This document shows, one piece after another, positions 11,381 to 26,000 of a DNA stretch of 64,000 nt. This DNA comes from Vicugna vicugna (taxonomy: Eukaryota). A program made the position numbers and the translations under genes. The stretch is from positions 1 through 64,000 of the forward strand of contig MU058591.1 in assembly GCA_013265495.1 (NCBI GenBank). Reading direction: 5' to 3'. The notes below the pieces were generated by a model that saw nothing but the letters and a program-made list of their open reading frames with translations, made no database searches and was not told where the DNA came from. The first letter of the stretch is position 1. The number at the start of each line of letters is the position of its first letter.

Positions 11381-11394
11381 GTTGCTATGGTAAC
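11381..11394. promoter_or_regulatory. RFX X-box motif
   Basis: GTTGCTATGGTAAC fits the palindromic RFX consensus GTNRCY-AT-RGYAAC; motif match only, function not shown. Confidence 0.4.
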
Positions 11395-12961
11395 ATACCT
11401 CATTCTTTTTTTTTCTTTTTTTTTTTTAATAATAATCTGAACTGTCTCTTAAACCTGAGCCACCACCTGGCCTCCTGAGGAGGAACTGCTGCCTCACCAG
11501 AGCCCAGCACTTAACCCACTCCCCTGCTTTTCTTTCCCCACCTCCAGGTGCTTATTTGAAATTGATTAACCAATACCCTTCCTCAGTCCTCTTGGTTAGC
11601 TGTGCAGTGCAGTAAGAAGCATGTTAATAAGGGATTACTAGTTAAATATGGAGAAAAGGGTAAGTTTTCCAGTTTACCTCTGCAGGTAGAACAAATAGGA
11701 AGACTTCCCTTCTTATAAATCTATTAACTCTATTGACTTAATGTATCAACTCCAACTGCCCTCTTCCCACAGAACTCTCGTTCAAAATATTTGACCACTC
11801 TTCCCTACTTTCAATCTCCATAATGGCCGTTTGAATACAAATGAGGGTCAAACTAGACCTGGGTTCATTTTAATTTCTGTGTTATTAAAATGAAGCTGAG
11901 GCCATCAAATCTCTAATGTGGAGAAAAGTAAAGTACCCTTTGACCAACATCATAAAATAGCAGTAGAGAAATCTGATGACCTCTGTCTGTTATTCTTTTT
12001 TAGCTGCTTGTGAAATAAATCATGAAGTATTTAACAGTATTTTATTCCTAAGATCATGGTCTTTAAGAAATGAACTTTGGTTTATTTCATTGAGATGCAT
12101 ACACTTGTCAGTATTATAATAGATTTTATTTGAAAATTACTATCAAAGAAAGACACAGCGGAAATTTAAATGCAGCTTAGCTCATTAATATACAGACTTG
12201 GATCTGAGTGTCCATATGTCCTTCAAAACATAAACTGCATAAAATCAATCTGAAATTAAATTTTAAACAGTAATAAGAGTTATGCACTGCTGTTATAATG
12301 AGTTATATTATGTGTGATATTGATACTATATTTCGATCCTGTTGTTATAGTTGAGTTACATTACATAAAACATTATTAATATATTTCACAGTTGTCTTGA
12401 AAATAATACTATCCCCCTGCATTTAAATATATAGAGAAAATTAGTAACATATGACTGACCAAAGCTTTATGATGTATATATGTATATAAATATACTTATA
12501 TGACATAAATATATTATGCACTCAAAAATTGGGGATTTAAATTTGGAAATGAATGGTAATTGTGATTAATGTTTATAACAGTAAATACATATATATTTTG
12601 TTGGGGAAACCTCATGGTATTCCTTTATTCCCAGACTTATCAGAGAATGAAAACTAACACAAAATGATGAGTGTACTGACAAGCAACCTGAAGATTCAAA
12701 ATGCAGGTGCAGGATTCCTTCACTAAAGGATGACTCTGCATGCTGTTGCAGGCCAGTCATGGAGGTGCAGTCTTACTTCCTGTGTCACGCTATCCCCCCT
12801 CTTCCCATCCTGTTGAAGCTCCCCTAGGGCTTTCGGGGCAGCAAAGGGCATACTGACTCTAGAGTGTGTGATGTGCTACTCCTCCCCCAGCCAATATTAA
12901 ATTTCAATGAAGAGCACAGAGTGGAAAAATAGTAAAAGGTCTTTGATGAGATGTAATGCCT

Positions 12962-13442
12962 CATATATTTGGGTTCTCCAGAGAAGTAGAACCAATAGGA
13001 TAGATATATCTGTGGATCTATGTCTGTATCCTTATACATAGAAGATTGATCTATTATAACAAAAATTGGCTCATGCAATTGTGGAGGCTGACAAGTCCCA
13101 AGATTTTCAGGGTGAACTGGCAAGCTAGAGATCCAGGAGAGCCAATGGTACAGTTCCAGTCAGAAAGCCAGCAGGTTTAAGACCCAAGACAAGTTAATGC
13201 TCCAGTTCAAACGCCATTGGGTGGGAAGAATTTCCTCTTGCTTAGGGGAGGTCAGCCTTTTTGTTCTATTTAGACCTTCAATTGATTTGATGAGGCCCAC
13301 CCACATTAGAGAAGTCAATCTGTTTTACTCCATCTACCAATTTATATGTTAAGCTCATCCAAAAGCACCCTGAATAATGTTGGACCAAACATCTGGATAC
13401 TCCATGATCCAGTCAAATTAACAAATAATATTAACCATCATA
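12962..13442 (-). mobile_element. ERVL solo LTR (MLT2 family)
   Basis: GGGTTCTCCAGAGAAGTAGAACCAATAGGA...TTGGCTCATGCAATTGTGGAGGCTGACAAGTCCCAAGAT...GATGAGGCCCACCCACATT...ATTAACCATCA. Confidence 0.88.
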
Positions 13443-14829
13443 GCTGGGTTCTCTTGGTTCTGCTTCTACCTACAAATTAAATCTTATCAATAACTTAACC
13501 TCTGTGGAGCTCATTTTATTACCTGACAATAATGGGATTTAGTAAGATAAATTTTAAGATCCTTATGAATGCTAAAAAAGTACATTCTCATGTGGGTACA
13601 GATATTTTGACAATATTCAATTATTACCTCATAAAATCAAATAAATAAGAATCAGTAGCACATGATCTACCACGAACATGTATTATTATGTCATAAATAC
13701 AGATGTCTTGTTCTTTTACTGTTCTTTATTTCACTTTAATTTGTGCACTTTTAAGAAGCATTGAAATAAATTATCACACATAGGAGCAGGGACACCTTTG
13801 GGATGTGAGAGATGAGATAAAAGAAAAAGTTCAGTTAGAATGATGAGAATGTGTCTGTTCTCAGACGAATATATAGAGTGATTGAACTGTTTTTTTATCT
13901 CCCTCTGTATCTTGCATAGAATCTTATTATCAGCAGAACTCCTAGGAATTGACGTGTTTGTAAAACATTGAGACACAGAAAACTTGCACACCTGAGATAT
14001 AAACATGGTGATAATAACCACCAAAAGAAGTCCTCGAGGTGGTATGTCAGATAATGGACACCAAGCACTCAATTCACATCTGTACCACTAACGTATCTGC
14101 AGAGGCACGTATTTATTAAATGAGAAAATGATCACACGAGTCCCTGGGAATATATTCATAATTACATAGTCAAACCATATTTGCTCTTAGCACAAACTTA
14201 GGAATCATTTACAACAGTTTCTAAATTCTTTGTTTTGTGTTTCTCATGAGTAAATGTTCTGAGTATATCTCTTATGTATATTTATTTATTTACACATAGT
14301 ACATAATAGAGAGAATAGTCAGAATATACCTAAAGAGAATGAGATCAAAATAAATCATAATTGTAATTCTGGCTTTCTCTTCCTGCCTCCCATGGAGCAT
14401 CTCTCACACGTCCATGAATTGTATATACATCTCCACTGATAACACTTCAAGCCATTCTGAATAAGATGTACTTGTAAAGATCAGCTGGGAAGATAAGGGA
14501 AGAGATGGGGCAGCAGCCATGTGGAAATACTTGTTTCCATATGGGAGAGAATTGATCATATTAAATTCTGATGAGAAGTATTCAGTAACGAGGGAAGAGT
14601 TGAAGGGAAATGTCAAAAATAGTGCAGGGTCCTTGAGAGGGCTTTGTATGGTGAAATAAGAAAGAGGGCATAAAGCTGTAAGCTATGAGATGTGTTAGAG
14701 ACAACTGAGCAACTTACTAAAGTTGTCATTTTGGAAATTTATGTGTGTAATCAGCATCATAGTTTCCTCATCCATAAATAAGTCTATTGTAACATGGTAT
14801 GCTTTTTTAGCTCAAAAATTTTAATTCTG

Positions 14830-17790
14830 AACTACTGGTTTCCAGTCCATCAATATGAAGAGCTTGGAAGTTATCAATGCGTCCTCACAAGAAAAAATGT
14901 GGGAGGAAAAAAAAAACCCTGAAAAGCAACAGCTATTAGATCCATCTGAGAGTTAAGGTCACAGGGCAAACCATTTCCAGTAAAATTGGAAGGACAAGTG
15001 GATTCCTAGAATCACAGCTTAATGGGGCCAGAATTCCAAGAATAGAGGTGGCTGGAGCGGGCACTGATAGGAAAACTCCAGCTGTGACAGGAATGCCCAG
15101 AGGCTCCACGGATGTGAGCTGGAGAGTGAAAAACTCCAGAGGGGAGGACAGTCCTAGGACAGCCCTCATACTTTCCTGAGTTTCTTCACCAGGGTCCCCA
15201 CAGATTCTCAGGATGACAATCAAAGAAAAGTCCCCTTGTACCTCTGGGAGTGAGAGGGAAAAAGAATGTTCTCTCCTCCTTAACAAAGGACTGCCCTCAA
15301 AAGAAACCATTATTGGACCTAACACACCTGGGTTTCAGCAGAGCCTGATTAACCTGGAAGAAGGGAAGTACTCAACTCCAGGCCACACTAGATGTGCTGC
15401 TTCACCTAGCGGGGGAGGGCCTGGGAAGCCTTGTGAAAGTAATGGCCTATGGACACGGGCTCACTGACTGACTGAGGTCTAAACACAGGACTATAGAACA
15501 CTTTTCCTCTTCCTCCCCAGGCACAACTTCAACAGGGTTCTCCTATAATAGCCAGGGATTACAGCTGAAGGGATTGCAAGTCTCAGACACTATTTAAAAA
15601 GGAGTTTCTGAGAAAACCCAAGGATGACCAAAGAGACAAAAGCAAGGACACCAGAAAAAATTTATTCTCTGACACACACAGCTACAGCAAACAGTAAGCA
15701 GAACATAGAAACCCTAACCAGATAAATAAAAAGACCACAAATGAAAGATCCATTTATTTATCTCAGTTCCATTTACCTGATACATCATGTCTATATTTTA
15801 ACAAGAAATTTAAAAACATGCAAAAATGGAAAAACACAATTATCTGAATAAACAAAGTAGCATCAGAAACAGACTCAGATGTGGTAGATATTTCAAAATT
15901 ATTACACTGGTAATTTAAAATAACTTTGATTAATATGCTAAGGGTTCTAATGGAAAAAGTGGACAATATGTAAGAGAACGTGTAATGTAAGCAGAAAGAT
16001 GGAATTTTTAAGAGTCAAAAAGAACTGCTAGTAATAAAAAATACTAAAACAAATGAAACATGCTTTTAATGGGCTCATCAGTAGACTGAATGTGACCAGT
16101 GATATTGAAGTGTGACTTGAAGATATATCAATACAACTTCCCAAAATGAAAAACGAAGTGAAAAAATAATTTTTAAAATGTGGAATGGGATAGCTAAGAA
16201 CTATGGGACAATTACAAAAGTTTCAACATACATGTAAGAAAATGACAAGAAGAAGAAATTTCAAAAGTAACAGAAGATACATTTGAATTAATAATGATTG
16301 AAAAATTTCCAAAATGAATAACAGGCACCAAACCACAGATGCAGGAAACTCAGAGAACACTAAGCAGGATAAATATAAAAAAAAAAATCTAGATACATTA
16401 TAATCAAACTTCAGAAAACCAAAGTTGTAAAATAAGGCAGAAGGAGAAAAAACACCTTATATATAGAATCATAAGGATAAGAATTACAATGGGCTGCTTC
16501 TGAGAGACCATGCAGGCAAGAAGAAAGTGTAGTGCACTTAAACTGCTCCACCTAAAATTCTATATACAATTCAAATATCCTACAAAAGTGAAGGGGACAT
16601 TTTCTAACAGAAACTGAGTAGACCAGCCTTCTAAGAACTGTTCAAAGTTCTTCAGAAACAAAGAAAATAATACAGGTCAGAAACTCAGATGTATATAAAA
16701 TATTTGCAAAACACATATCTATTCAAAGACTCATACCCTAAATATACAACTAACTCTTAAAACTCAACAATAAGAAAATAATTAACCCAGTTCAAAAGAG
16801 CCAAAGTATCTGAACCGGTATCTCACCAAAAAATAGACATTTGGCAAATAAGCATATGAAAAGATGTTCAACATCATAAGTAATTAAGGAATTTCAGATT
16901 AAAACAAAAAAGTACTACTAAATCCTCATTAGATGACTCAAACCAAAATAGTTAGAGTGCACGATATGACCACAAACATGGAACAACAGGAATTTGCATT
17001 CCTTACTGGCTGGAATACTAGTACAGCCACTTTGGAAGCCAGTCTGACAGTTTCTCACAAAGCTAAACTTAGTTTTAGCATACAATCCAGCCATCATCCT
17101 CCCTGATATTCACGTGAATAGTTTGAAAATTTATACCCAGAAAAACCCTGTATATGAAGGTTTATAGAAATTTATTCATAATTGCCAACACGTGGAAACA
17201 ATCAAGATATCCTTCAATATGTGAATGAATATACTAAATGTGGTATGTCTATACAATGGAATATTACTTAGCAATAAAAAGAAGTGAGCTATCAAGTCAC
17301 GAAAAGATATAAAACAACCTTAAATGCATAGAAGCCAATTTAAAAAGGCTACATACTGTATGATTCCAACTATATGACATTCTCAAAAAGGCAACTATAA
17401 AGGCAGTAAAATGTCCATGGTTGCCAGGTGTTCCAGGTAATGTAGAGTGGATGAAAAAGCAGAGTACACAGGATTCTTATTAGGATGTAGAATTATTCTG
17501 TATGATATTGTAATTGTGGATACATAACATGATGAATTTGTTGAAACCCATAAACTGTACAACACGAAGTGTGAACTCTGATGTAAACTGTGGACTTTAG
17601 TTAACAATGATGTAGCAGTGTTAGCTCATCAGTTGTAATGAAGGTATCACACTGATGTAAGACGCTAGTAATAAGGGTGAATAATAGGGGCAGTTGTGGG
17701 GGGCGGGGGTGAGCCTGCATAAGGAAACTCTGTACTTTCTGTTCAGTTTTTTCCTATAAACCTACAACTTCTCTTAAAGATAAAATCTGT
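14830..17790 (+). mobile_element. Old L1 (L1MC-like 3' UTR): 5' UTR, ORF1 and 3' end present, most of ORF2 absent
   Basis: 5' UTR-like ~14830-15750; ORF1 remnants (AATGGGCTCATCAGTAGACTG, AAACCACAGATGCAGGAAACTCAGAGAACACTAAGCAGGATAAA); from ~16700 ORF2 C-terminus (AAGCATATGAAAAGATGTTCAACATCA, TACAGCCACTTTGGAA) and 3' UTR (GTAAACTGTGGACTTTAGTTAA...GGAAACTCTGTACTTTCT). Confidence 0.85.
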
Positions 17791-19399
17791 AAGAAAGGGG
17801 AGAGACATTGATGTGATTCTGTTAATTCATGATTAATCAAATACATCTGAATACTTCTGCCTACTGAACAGACACACATACGCACAGACGCCTACTCCAT
17901 ATCTGTTTCCTATCTATTCCTGTCTCATTCCACTTGCCCAGCTTTCCTCACTCTTAGTCCAATGCAGCACCACCGGTTTCTGTCTCCACCTCAGTGACTC
18001 ATGACTTTTAATCTGCTGGTGTGAGATGCTAAAATGTGTTTTTAAAAAGTGGTTGTTTGTGATGGAGATAAATGATTAAAAAGAAGGTGTTAACTTTCTG
18101 AAGTGGTGCATTTTGTGTGGTGATTTTATTTTTACTCAATATAGTATTGTGAGCATTTTGGTGTCACTAAATGGCCTTTAACATATCGATTTTATTAAGT
18201 GTGTAATATTCCATCTTGTGTACATACAAATGGGTTTTAAGTTTTTCTATTCTGAATATATGGAATATATCTGAATTTTTGCTTTTTATAAGTAATCTTG
18301 GCATTTGTATATTTGAACACATTTTTCAAATGATAGTCACCAACTATTTAGCCTTTTTAAGTTCCTTAAAGAGTAAATCTGGATTTGATCATGATTATGG
18401 ACAATACTGGTCATTTGCAGGATGGCTGTTGATTGCACTTCTCACATCTCTGAAAATTTCCATAATCTAGAGCGATTTGATTGAGTGTTCCCTACATATG
18501 GAGGCAACCTCACTCCATCCTTCTCCTGGATAAGCATGCCTACCTGGGATAACATGTGAGGGTTGCAAAGTGCAAGAACCTCAGCAGGAGCCCTGGAAAT
18601 CCTTTTGTACATTGTGAAGTTTTTGTAAATGTGTTGGTCCCCAAGGATTTCCAAAGGAAAAAGCTACCAGAACCTGAACATAAGGACCACTGGATTATTT
18701 TTATAATCGCTCTTCCTGAACTTAAAAAATTAAATCAGCCTATTAGAGTTAGAACACTGATGAGCTGCCAACCATTTAATGCACATGAATAAATGCATGT
18801 ACATATGTTGAGTCTATAATGCTTCTTAAAAATGCTAGCTCTCTGATAGTGCAGGAGGAACAAACGGGTTGCTACTTGGCCTTCATTTGCTTTTGTCACT
18901 GGGAGAAAGTATCTGTGTGAGTGTCTGTGCACGCATTGTAGGGGTTTATGGGTACGTGACTGTCCGTATCTCTTATTGTCACGAAACTTCTATTTGTTAG
19001 TTGCTAGGCAGACTGATTTGGTACTGGGAGGGAAAAAACTTCAGAATCATAAGTACTTTTATCCTCTCCACTGTTCTAGCACAGCCTTAGATCCTGGGAT
19101 TTGCTACTCTTTCAAACTGATTTATCAGAGACATATAGAACGGTGGACCAGTACAATGATGTAGTTCAACTCCTTCAGTTACTAATGAAGAATTACAGGA
19201 AAGAAGTCAGGTGCATGACAGAAAAAAAAATTAAGTGAATGATGGAACCAAGAATGAAATGCAAACTTCCTGGTTCCTGAGGCTGTAGTTTGCTCATTAA
19301 ATTTTCTTAAAGAACATTACTTTCCACTGACAACAGAGTACAGCAGATCAGAAAGCATGCTTTGTATCTGAGTGATTCAAATTTTAATTACCTATAAGT

Positions 19400-19485
19400 C
19401 ATCTGGTGGGTTTCAAGATTCTGCATTAATAAACTCCCAGGTTATTCCAATATCTCTGGTTTGGACAAAGTTTTGAGTAACAAGA
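19400..19485. mobile_element. MER5-like hAT DNA transposon fragment
   Basis: GATTCTGCATTAATAAACTCCCAGGTTATTCCAAT...TTTGAGTAACAAG. Confidence 0.5.
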
Positions 19486-20239
19486 ATTGGGACAAAATTG
19501 TCTATCCCTTTGCCTGTAATATACTTGCTCATAATAGAACCCTTTTTGTGGATATGGAAATGTGCACATCTCAAAGGAAATATAAATATCATCTCAAGTA
19601 AGCTTAAGGAGAGAATCCTTAACCTGCTATATTTGAAAGATTCCTAAATTTTTTAACTTTTACATCTCACATTATGAAATACTGTCTCATTTAATCATGG
19701 AGTAGGTAAGAATCACTGTAAAATAGGGCACGGATGCCTTACAAGATGTCACCCTAAGTTATAATATATACTTGAAAATCAGCAGCTTTTTTTTGTTTTA
19801 CTGTATCTAGCAAACTTAAACAAAGTCATGAGAAATACCAACAGAAAAGGGACCAATCTGGTGCCTTCAGCTTCACCTATTAAAGTTTCTATAGACATGA
19901 TGTTAGAAAGTATTCCAACCATCAAAGAGGAGGTGTGATGGCTAAAAATAATTTGTGTTACCTGACCCAGATCCAAAGTCAAGAGACATAGCTTGCAGAG
20001 AAAACAGCTTGACTTTAAAATAAGTAAGCTGACTTCTAATGCTCCTTGTGATCTGGGACAGCAGGTCTTGAGCAACTCTGAATCAGTGCCCTCAAATTTG
20101 CTACATCCTCTTTTTCTACCCTGTGCTGTTCTTTCAACACGCCTTTGCCTCAGCGCTTCTCATGAAACTGATAAAAGAATCTGACAAGCTCTTTCTCACT
20201 GAATCTTCATAGGTCTGCATGTACATTCCCTCCCAGGGA

Positions 20240-20416
20240 CAGCTGCATCTAGCTATACCAGGGGATCACCTGGGGAGCTTTTAAAAATAGCTGACATCTA
20301 GATTCCCCCTCTCCAAATCAATTAAGTCAGAATTTCTAGGGTCAGTCCTGGGCACTAGAATTTTCAAAAACTCTCCAGGCGATGCAAATGTTCCATTAAG
20401 GTTTATAATCACAGCT
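20240..20416. mobile_element. MER5A-like non-autonomous hAT element
   Basis: GATCACCTGGGGAGCTTTTAAAAATA...CAATTAAGTCAGAATTTCT...CTCTCCAGGCGATGCAAATG. Confidence 0.75.
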
Positions 20417-22889
20417 GAAAGAAGACAAATAGAAAAGATACTGGTTGGCACTTTAATGGAAATTAGGTTTCAACAAAGTGTGCTGTGGACTAGCCAGTGG
20501 TCACAGCTGCTCGGAGGCTGGCTCAGAAGCAAAGGCATCTGTGTATGAATAGATGGAGTAGATGTGTATGCACTGTGTTCACTGTCCTTAGCTCATGATG
20601 AGACATCAAGTTACAGGAGATATTCTGGGGAAGGTAGCCTTCTACCTGCACTTCCAGGTATAGGGCACAGGATGACCACAAAGGGAAGGGCGATAAGGAA
20701 GTCCTGAGATTCTCTTATTTATCACCTGTACTCTTGCCTCTTGCTAGCACTTCATCTGCCACACCCCACTGCACAGAAAATCACTCAGCCTACTTTCACT
20801 CTTTATCCTCCGTTCCCCCAAAGCCCATATGAAAATGAAAACTTAAAGTATGTGCATGAACACACAAACACTAAAATAATACATAGAATGCAATATTTAC
20901 TTTTGTACACAGTTGGATTAGATAACCTTTTAAACCCCAAGAATTAAATATTGATATTATTTCTTCTTCCAAAATCACAACCACAGAAGGTTTTACTTAT
21001 TTGTCAGTGTTTTCCCTTAGTTTCATGACTAGGTTCTCATCTGTCTATAGTTATATTGGTGGTGCTTTAGAAATTATTATACTTTTTTACTTGACTTTTA
21101 CTTTTCCTCCCCTGGGTAGGTAATATTTTGCTTTGTCTTACTTTTTACATGGCTGAAATAAATCCAGTTTCTGCAGAATTTCATTTTAATGTGCAGTTGG
21201 GTTTTTGCTTAAATAATGCTAAATATTAAGGCCAATCTATGAGTCTCTATTTAAAAGTAAAACCATCTATTTTTACTACACAAGTGAGTAATAACCAATT
21301 TTGGAATAATGACTTGTTTCTTTAAATAAATACGTATTTTTACCCTATGGATGAGAGAACATATTCCTAGCATCTAGAAATATAAACCATTTGCTGAAAC
21401 ACTAATTTTTTCTGAATTTTCTGAATGTACTTTGGTCAGGCTGGTTTTGGTTTTCTGCTAGAGATGTTCATGAGTGACTTCCTGTTGTTTCTCCATGTCT
21501 TACATGTGTGTTTAGATAAGAGGTACTTCCTGTGCAGAGTACCAAGCACCCTTGGCAGCTGAAAATTAGGTTTTAAAAGCATAGACTTTACCAAAAGCAC
21601 TTTATTGACAGTTCAAACCAGCAATCAGAGAGTGTATTCAAGTAATCAAACGAGCTTTTGGTGACGTAACAAAAACACTACTACCCCAACGACATAATAG
21701 TAAACTGCTGAATGGCCAAATCTTAATGCTTTTTTTTTTTTTTTGGTATTAAGTATTTGTCAGTGATAGAAAAGTGGTAACATACACACTTGGTGGCATG
21801 GCAAAAATGATTGGTTTCTTCTGTCTAATGGCCATTTATTAGTTATAAATAGAAGGCAGAAGATAATCCTGAATCCCTTAATATGTGCTTATGTTACATA
21901 CCATATACAGCCCATGTTTTTCCTAAATTAGTCTTGGTTTCTTAATTAGTCTGGTCAAAAGAATAAATAAACATAGTAAGAAATGCGCAACACTCAGGAA
22001 ATATTATAGATAGTGGAGAAGTGAAGGTTGAATATCCTTGCCCGGAGTATTAGAGTGCTACGAAACACTTAGGAGATTAGACAGTATCAAAACATGGCTC
22101 TCAGACTTCGAATGATGCTTTATGATAATAGTGTTCTCTAAAGCTGTGCTCAGTGACTTTAAGGCCTCTGGTAGAAACATCTGCACTAAGCACATTATGA
22201 GTTAAAGAAATTCAGATTTTGTGCGGAAAACTTTGAAAGACACTTAAACAGAGACACTGTCACAAATTTGCTCATCCCTTGCATTCTGGCTTTAATGATT
22301 TCTAGATGTTTGGTCTCTGTCCTTAAACTACTGTAAAGTCATTATGTGTTTATTTATGTATTTATTTGTTTAGGCTTAGCCAGAACAAAATAATGTATTG
22401 TCCCCTGTCATTGCATTTTCTTAATCTATTCTGTTTTGCTCTAAAAAATTATTTGTTCTCAGTCACAAAATTTATTTTACATTAGTTTATATTTGCTCAA
22501 TGTTATAAATATATTGTATTCTAAATATTTTTTTTTTACTATTCTGGTGTCAGTTCGTTTAAAAAGTCTCTGTGCAATAAAAATGTTACTTGAAGATTTT
22601 ATTTCATATATATATGTATATATATATCATCAAGTCAATATTATAGATGGTTTTACATTTTTAACACAGTAAAGGGAAAGGATAGCTTGAGAAATTGGTT
22701 GATATAAATAATAAATGTAATGATTCATAATATTTACTTTTTTTGCTGGGTTTCCAGATGATGCTTGAATTGCTTTGTAAAAGTTATCCTATTAATAACA
22801 CTTCTAATAATAAAATGATATAAGTACTAAGCTTTTATGCATTTTATTGATGAATAAAATAATATTATTTCTCTCTACTGTACAATTAT

Positions 22890-22965
22890 ACTATATAATA
22901 CATATATACATAATACATAAATATATATTATAATGCATTATATATGCATACTATATATATATATT
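22890..22965. repeat. TA-rich low-complexity tract
   Basis: Degenerate (TA)n. Confidence 0.8.
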
Positions 22966-23029
22966 CTCTTGTACCCTATTAACAGCACTTCAACCTACAT
23001 TAAGCTAAAGTTAGTAGTACTAAAAAGAT

Positions 23030-26000
23030 AAATCCTTATTTAAGACTGGAAAATTTAATGTCATTCTCTCAGTAAGTGATGAAAAAAATAGATAAAAATC
23101 AGTAAGGATATGGCAAATTTGAAAACCAATATGAAACAAACCTATTTAATTGGTATCTATAGAGGATTCCGTCCCAAAAAATACAATACAAATTTATTAC
23201 AAGGGTGTAGACATAAGTTCAGCCATACAAAAAGTCTCAATACATTGGAAATTACTGAAATCATACACACTGTGGTCTATTATTGCCATGGAAATAAATC
23301 AGAAACAATAAGATAGATATTAGGAAAATTTCTAACATGCTTCTAAATAGTCTATGAGTCAAAGAAGAAGTTAAAAGGGAAATTTGGAAATATTTTGAAT
23401 TAAATGAAAATAAAAATAAAACCTATTAGATTTATGAGATTCAGCTGCAACACTGATTGGTGAGAAATACTTAACTTTAAAAGCTCATATTAGAAAAATC
23501 AGAAAGGGTAAAATCAGTGAACTAATCTTCCATATTTAGAAGATAGAAAAAGGAGAGTCATTAAGCAAAGGTAATTTTGTTTTTAAAATAAAGTAACTAG
23601 AAACCAAAGAAATAGAAGTGGAGGAGCAATGAAGAAAGGCAATGAAATCAAAAGCTTACCTTTAAAATTATCAATAAAATGAATGAATCTCTAGTTTGAT
23701 CAAGAGTAAAGATACAAATTACCAATATAAGGAATCAAAGTAGGAATATCATTACAGAACCTACAGGCATTTGTGTAATATTAAGGAAATGTTATGAACA
23801 ACTTTATATCAGTTAAAACAAATGACATGGCCAAATTCTTTGAAAGACACAAACTCATTCATCTGTATAACCACAAATGCATGACAGAAATTGTCAAAAA
23901 TCTTCCCCTAAAGAAAATTCCAAGACCACATGGCTTAACTGACAAATTCTATCAAATATTTAAGAAAAAATATACCAAACCTGCTTAAACTCTTTCAGAA
24001 AATAGAAGAGGGAACACTTAATTTTATGAGAACAGTAATGTCCTTATCATACCAGGCCAGATTTTATGAAAGAAAATAAAATTATAGTCCAATGTCTTTC
24101 ATGAACAATGTTGTAGTTCCTTGAATAAATATGAGGAAATCAAATTCAGTCATATAAAAAAAACATACATCATGACTAAGCAGAAATTATGTTAGGAATG
24201 CATAATTTGGTTTAACTTTTAAAGATCAATATAACACTCCATATTAACAAAATATTGGAGAAATATTATACAATCATCTCAATAGTTCAAAAAATCATTT
24301 GACAAAATCCAACCTTCATTTCTTTTTTATTGAATTGGTATACATTATTATAACTAGTTTCAAGAGTTCACCATATAAATTTATTATAAAATTATTTACT
24401 ATATTCTCTATGCTGTACATTATATCCCCATAACTTATTTATTTTACAACTGAAAGTTTGTACCTTTCAATCTCCTTCATCTATATTTCTCCTGCCCCCA
24501 ACCCTCCTCCCTCTAGGAAACACCAGTGTTCTTTTTTATCTACAAGTCTGTTTCTGTTCTGTTTTCATTTGTTTGTTTTGCTTTTTAGATTCCACATATA
24601 AGTGAAATTATACAGTACTCGTCTGACTTATTTCACTTAGCATAAGACCCTTTGGATCCATCCATGTTGTGGCAAATGGCAACATTTCCTTTTTTATGGA
24701 TTAGTATTCTATTTTGTGTGTGTGTGTATCTATATCTATATCTCACGTCTTTTTTATCCATTCCTCCATCAGTGGCTACAGGTTGCTTCCATATCTTGGT
24801 TATTGTAAGTAATGCTGCAGTGAACATCGGAGTACAGATGTCTTTTCAAATTAGTGTACTCATTTTCTCAGGATAAACACCTAGCAGTGAAATTGCTAGA
24901 TCATAGGGTAGTTCTATTTTTAATTTTTTTAGGAACCTCTGTACTGTTTTCCATAGTGGCTGTACCAGTTTACATTCTCACCAACAGTACATGAGGGTTC
25001 CCTTTCCTCCACATGCTCATCAACATTTATTATTTTTGGTCTTTTTGGTAATAGCCATTCTGACAGGTGTGAAGTGGTATTCAGCATTCATTTCTGATTA
25101 AAAAACTACAGAAAACTAAAGTGGATGGAATTTTCCAAACCTGATTGAAGGCATCTGCAATAAAACAAGATATAACATAATACTGTAAGTCAAGCACAGA
25201 TCTAGAATGTTCACTCTCATGCTTTTTCTTTAATAAATATTGAATGTCCTGTCCAGAATAATAAGGGGAAAAAAGAAAAAAAAGTAAGCATATTTTAAAA
25301 AAGGAAGTAAAAAAGCATTTATTCACAGACAAAATAATTGTGTAGGTAGAAAATTCTAAGTTTTCTTTTAAAAATAGGCATTAGAACTAATATTTAGCAA
25401 GGTTCCAAGATTAATATATAAAAATCAATTACATTTCTGTTCATTAGCGACAAACAATTGGAAATAAATTTCAATATGCATTATTTTAATACATTTAAAT
25501 GTTATTCATATTAAAGTATTGCTTAACACATTTAAACATCATTTACAGTGGCATTGGATGTCATGAAATAACTTGTGTACATAAAAAAATATGATGCAAG
25601 ACTTGTAGAGAGAAAATTGCAAAGAATTGTTGCAAGACACTATAAAAGGCTATAAATATATGGGGAGATGTACCATGATCATTTATTTTAAGGTATTAAC
25701 TCTTTCAAATACATATTTAGATCCAGTGCCTTATCAAAAAAATCCTGGTAATTTTTTTGTGTGGAAATTGTCATGCTGAATCTAAAATGTATAAGGAAAT
25801 GCAGAGGACATTAAAAAAAAAATAATTTTGAAAAAAAAAAAAAGGAGTTGGATTTTAAGGCTTGCTATAAAGCTACTGTTCAAGACAGTCCATGATATTG
25901 GCATGGGGACAAACACATAGATCAATGGAACAGAGTAAAGTATCAGTTGACTTTGGACAATCATGCTAGAATTTGTCAGTGGGACTAGGATGATTTTTAT

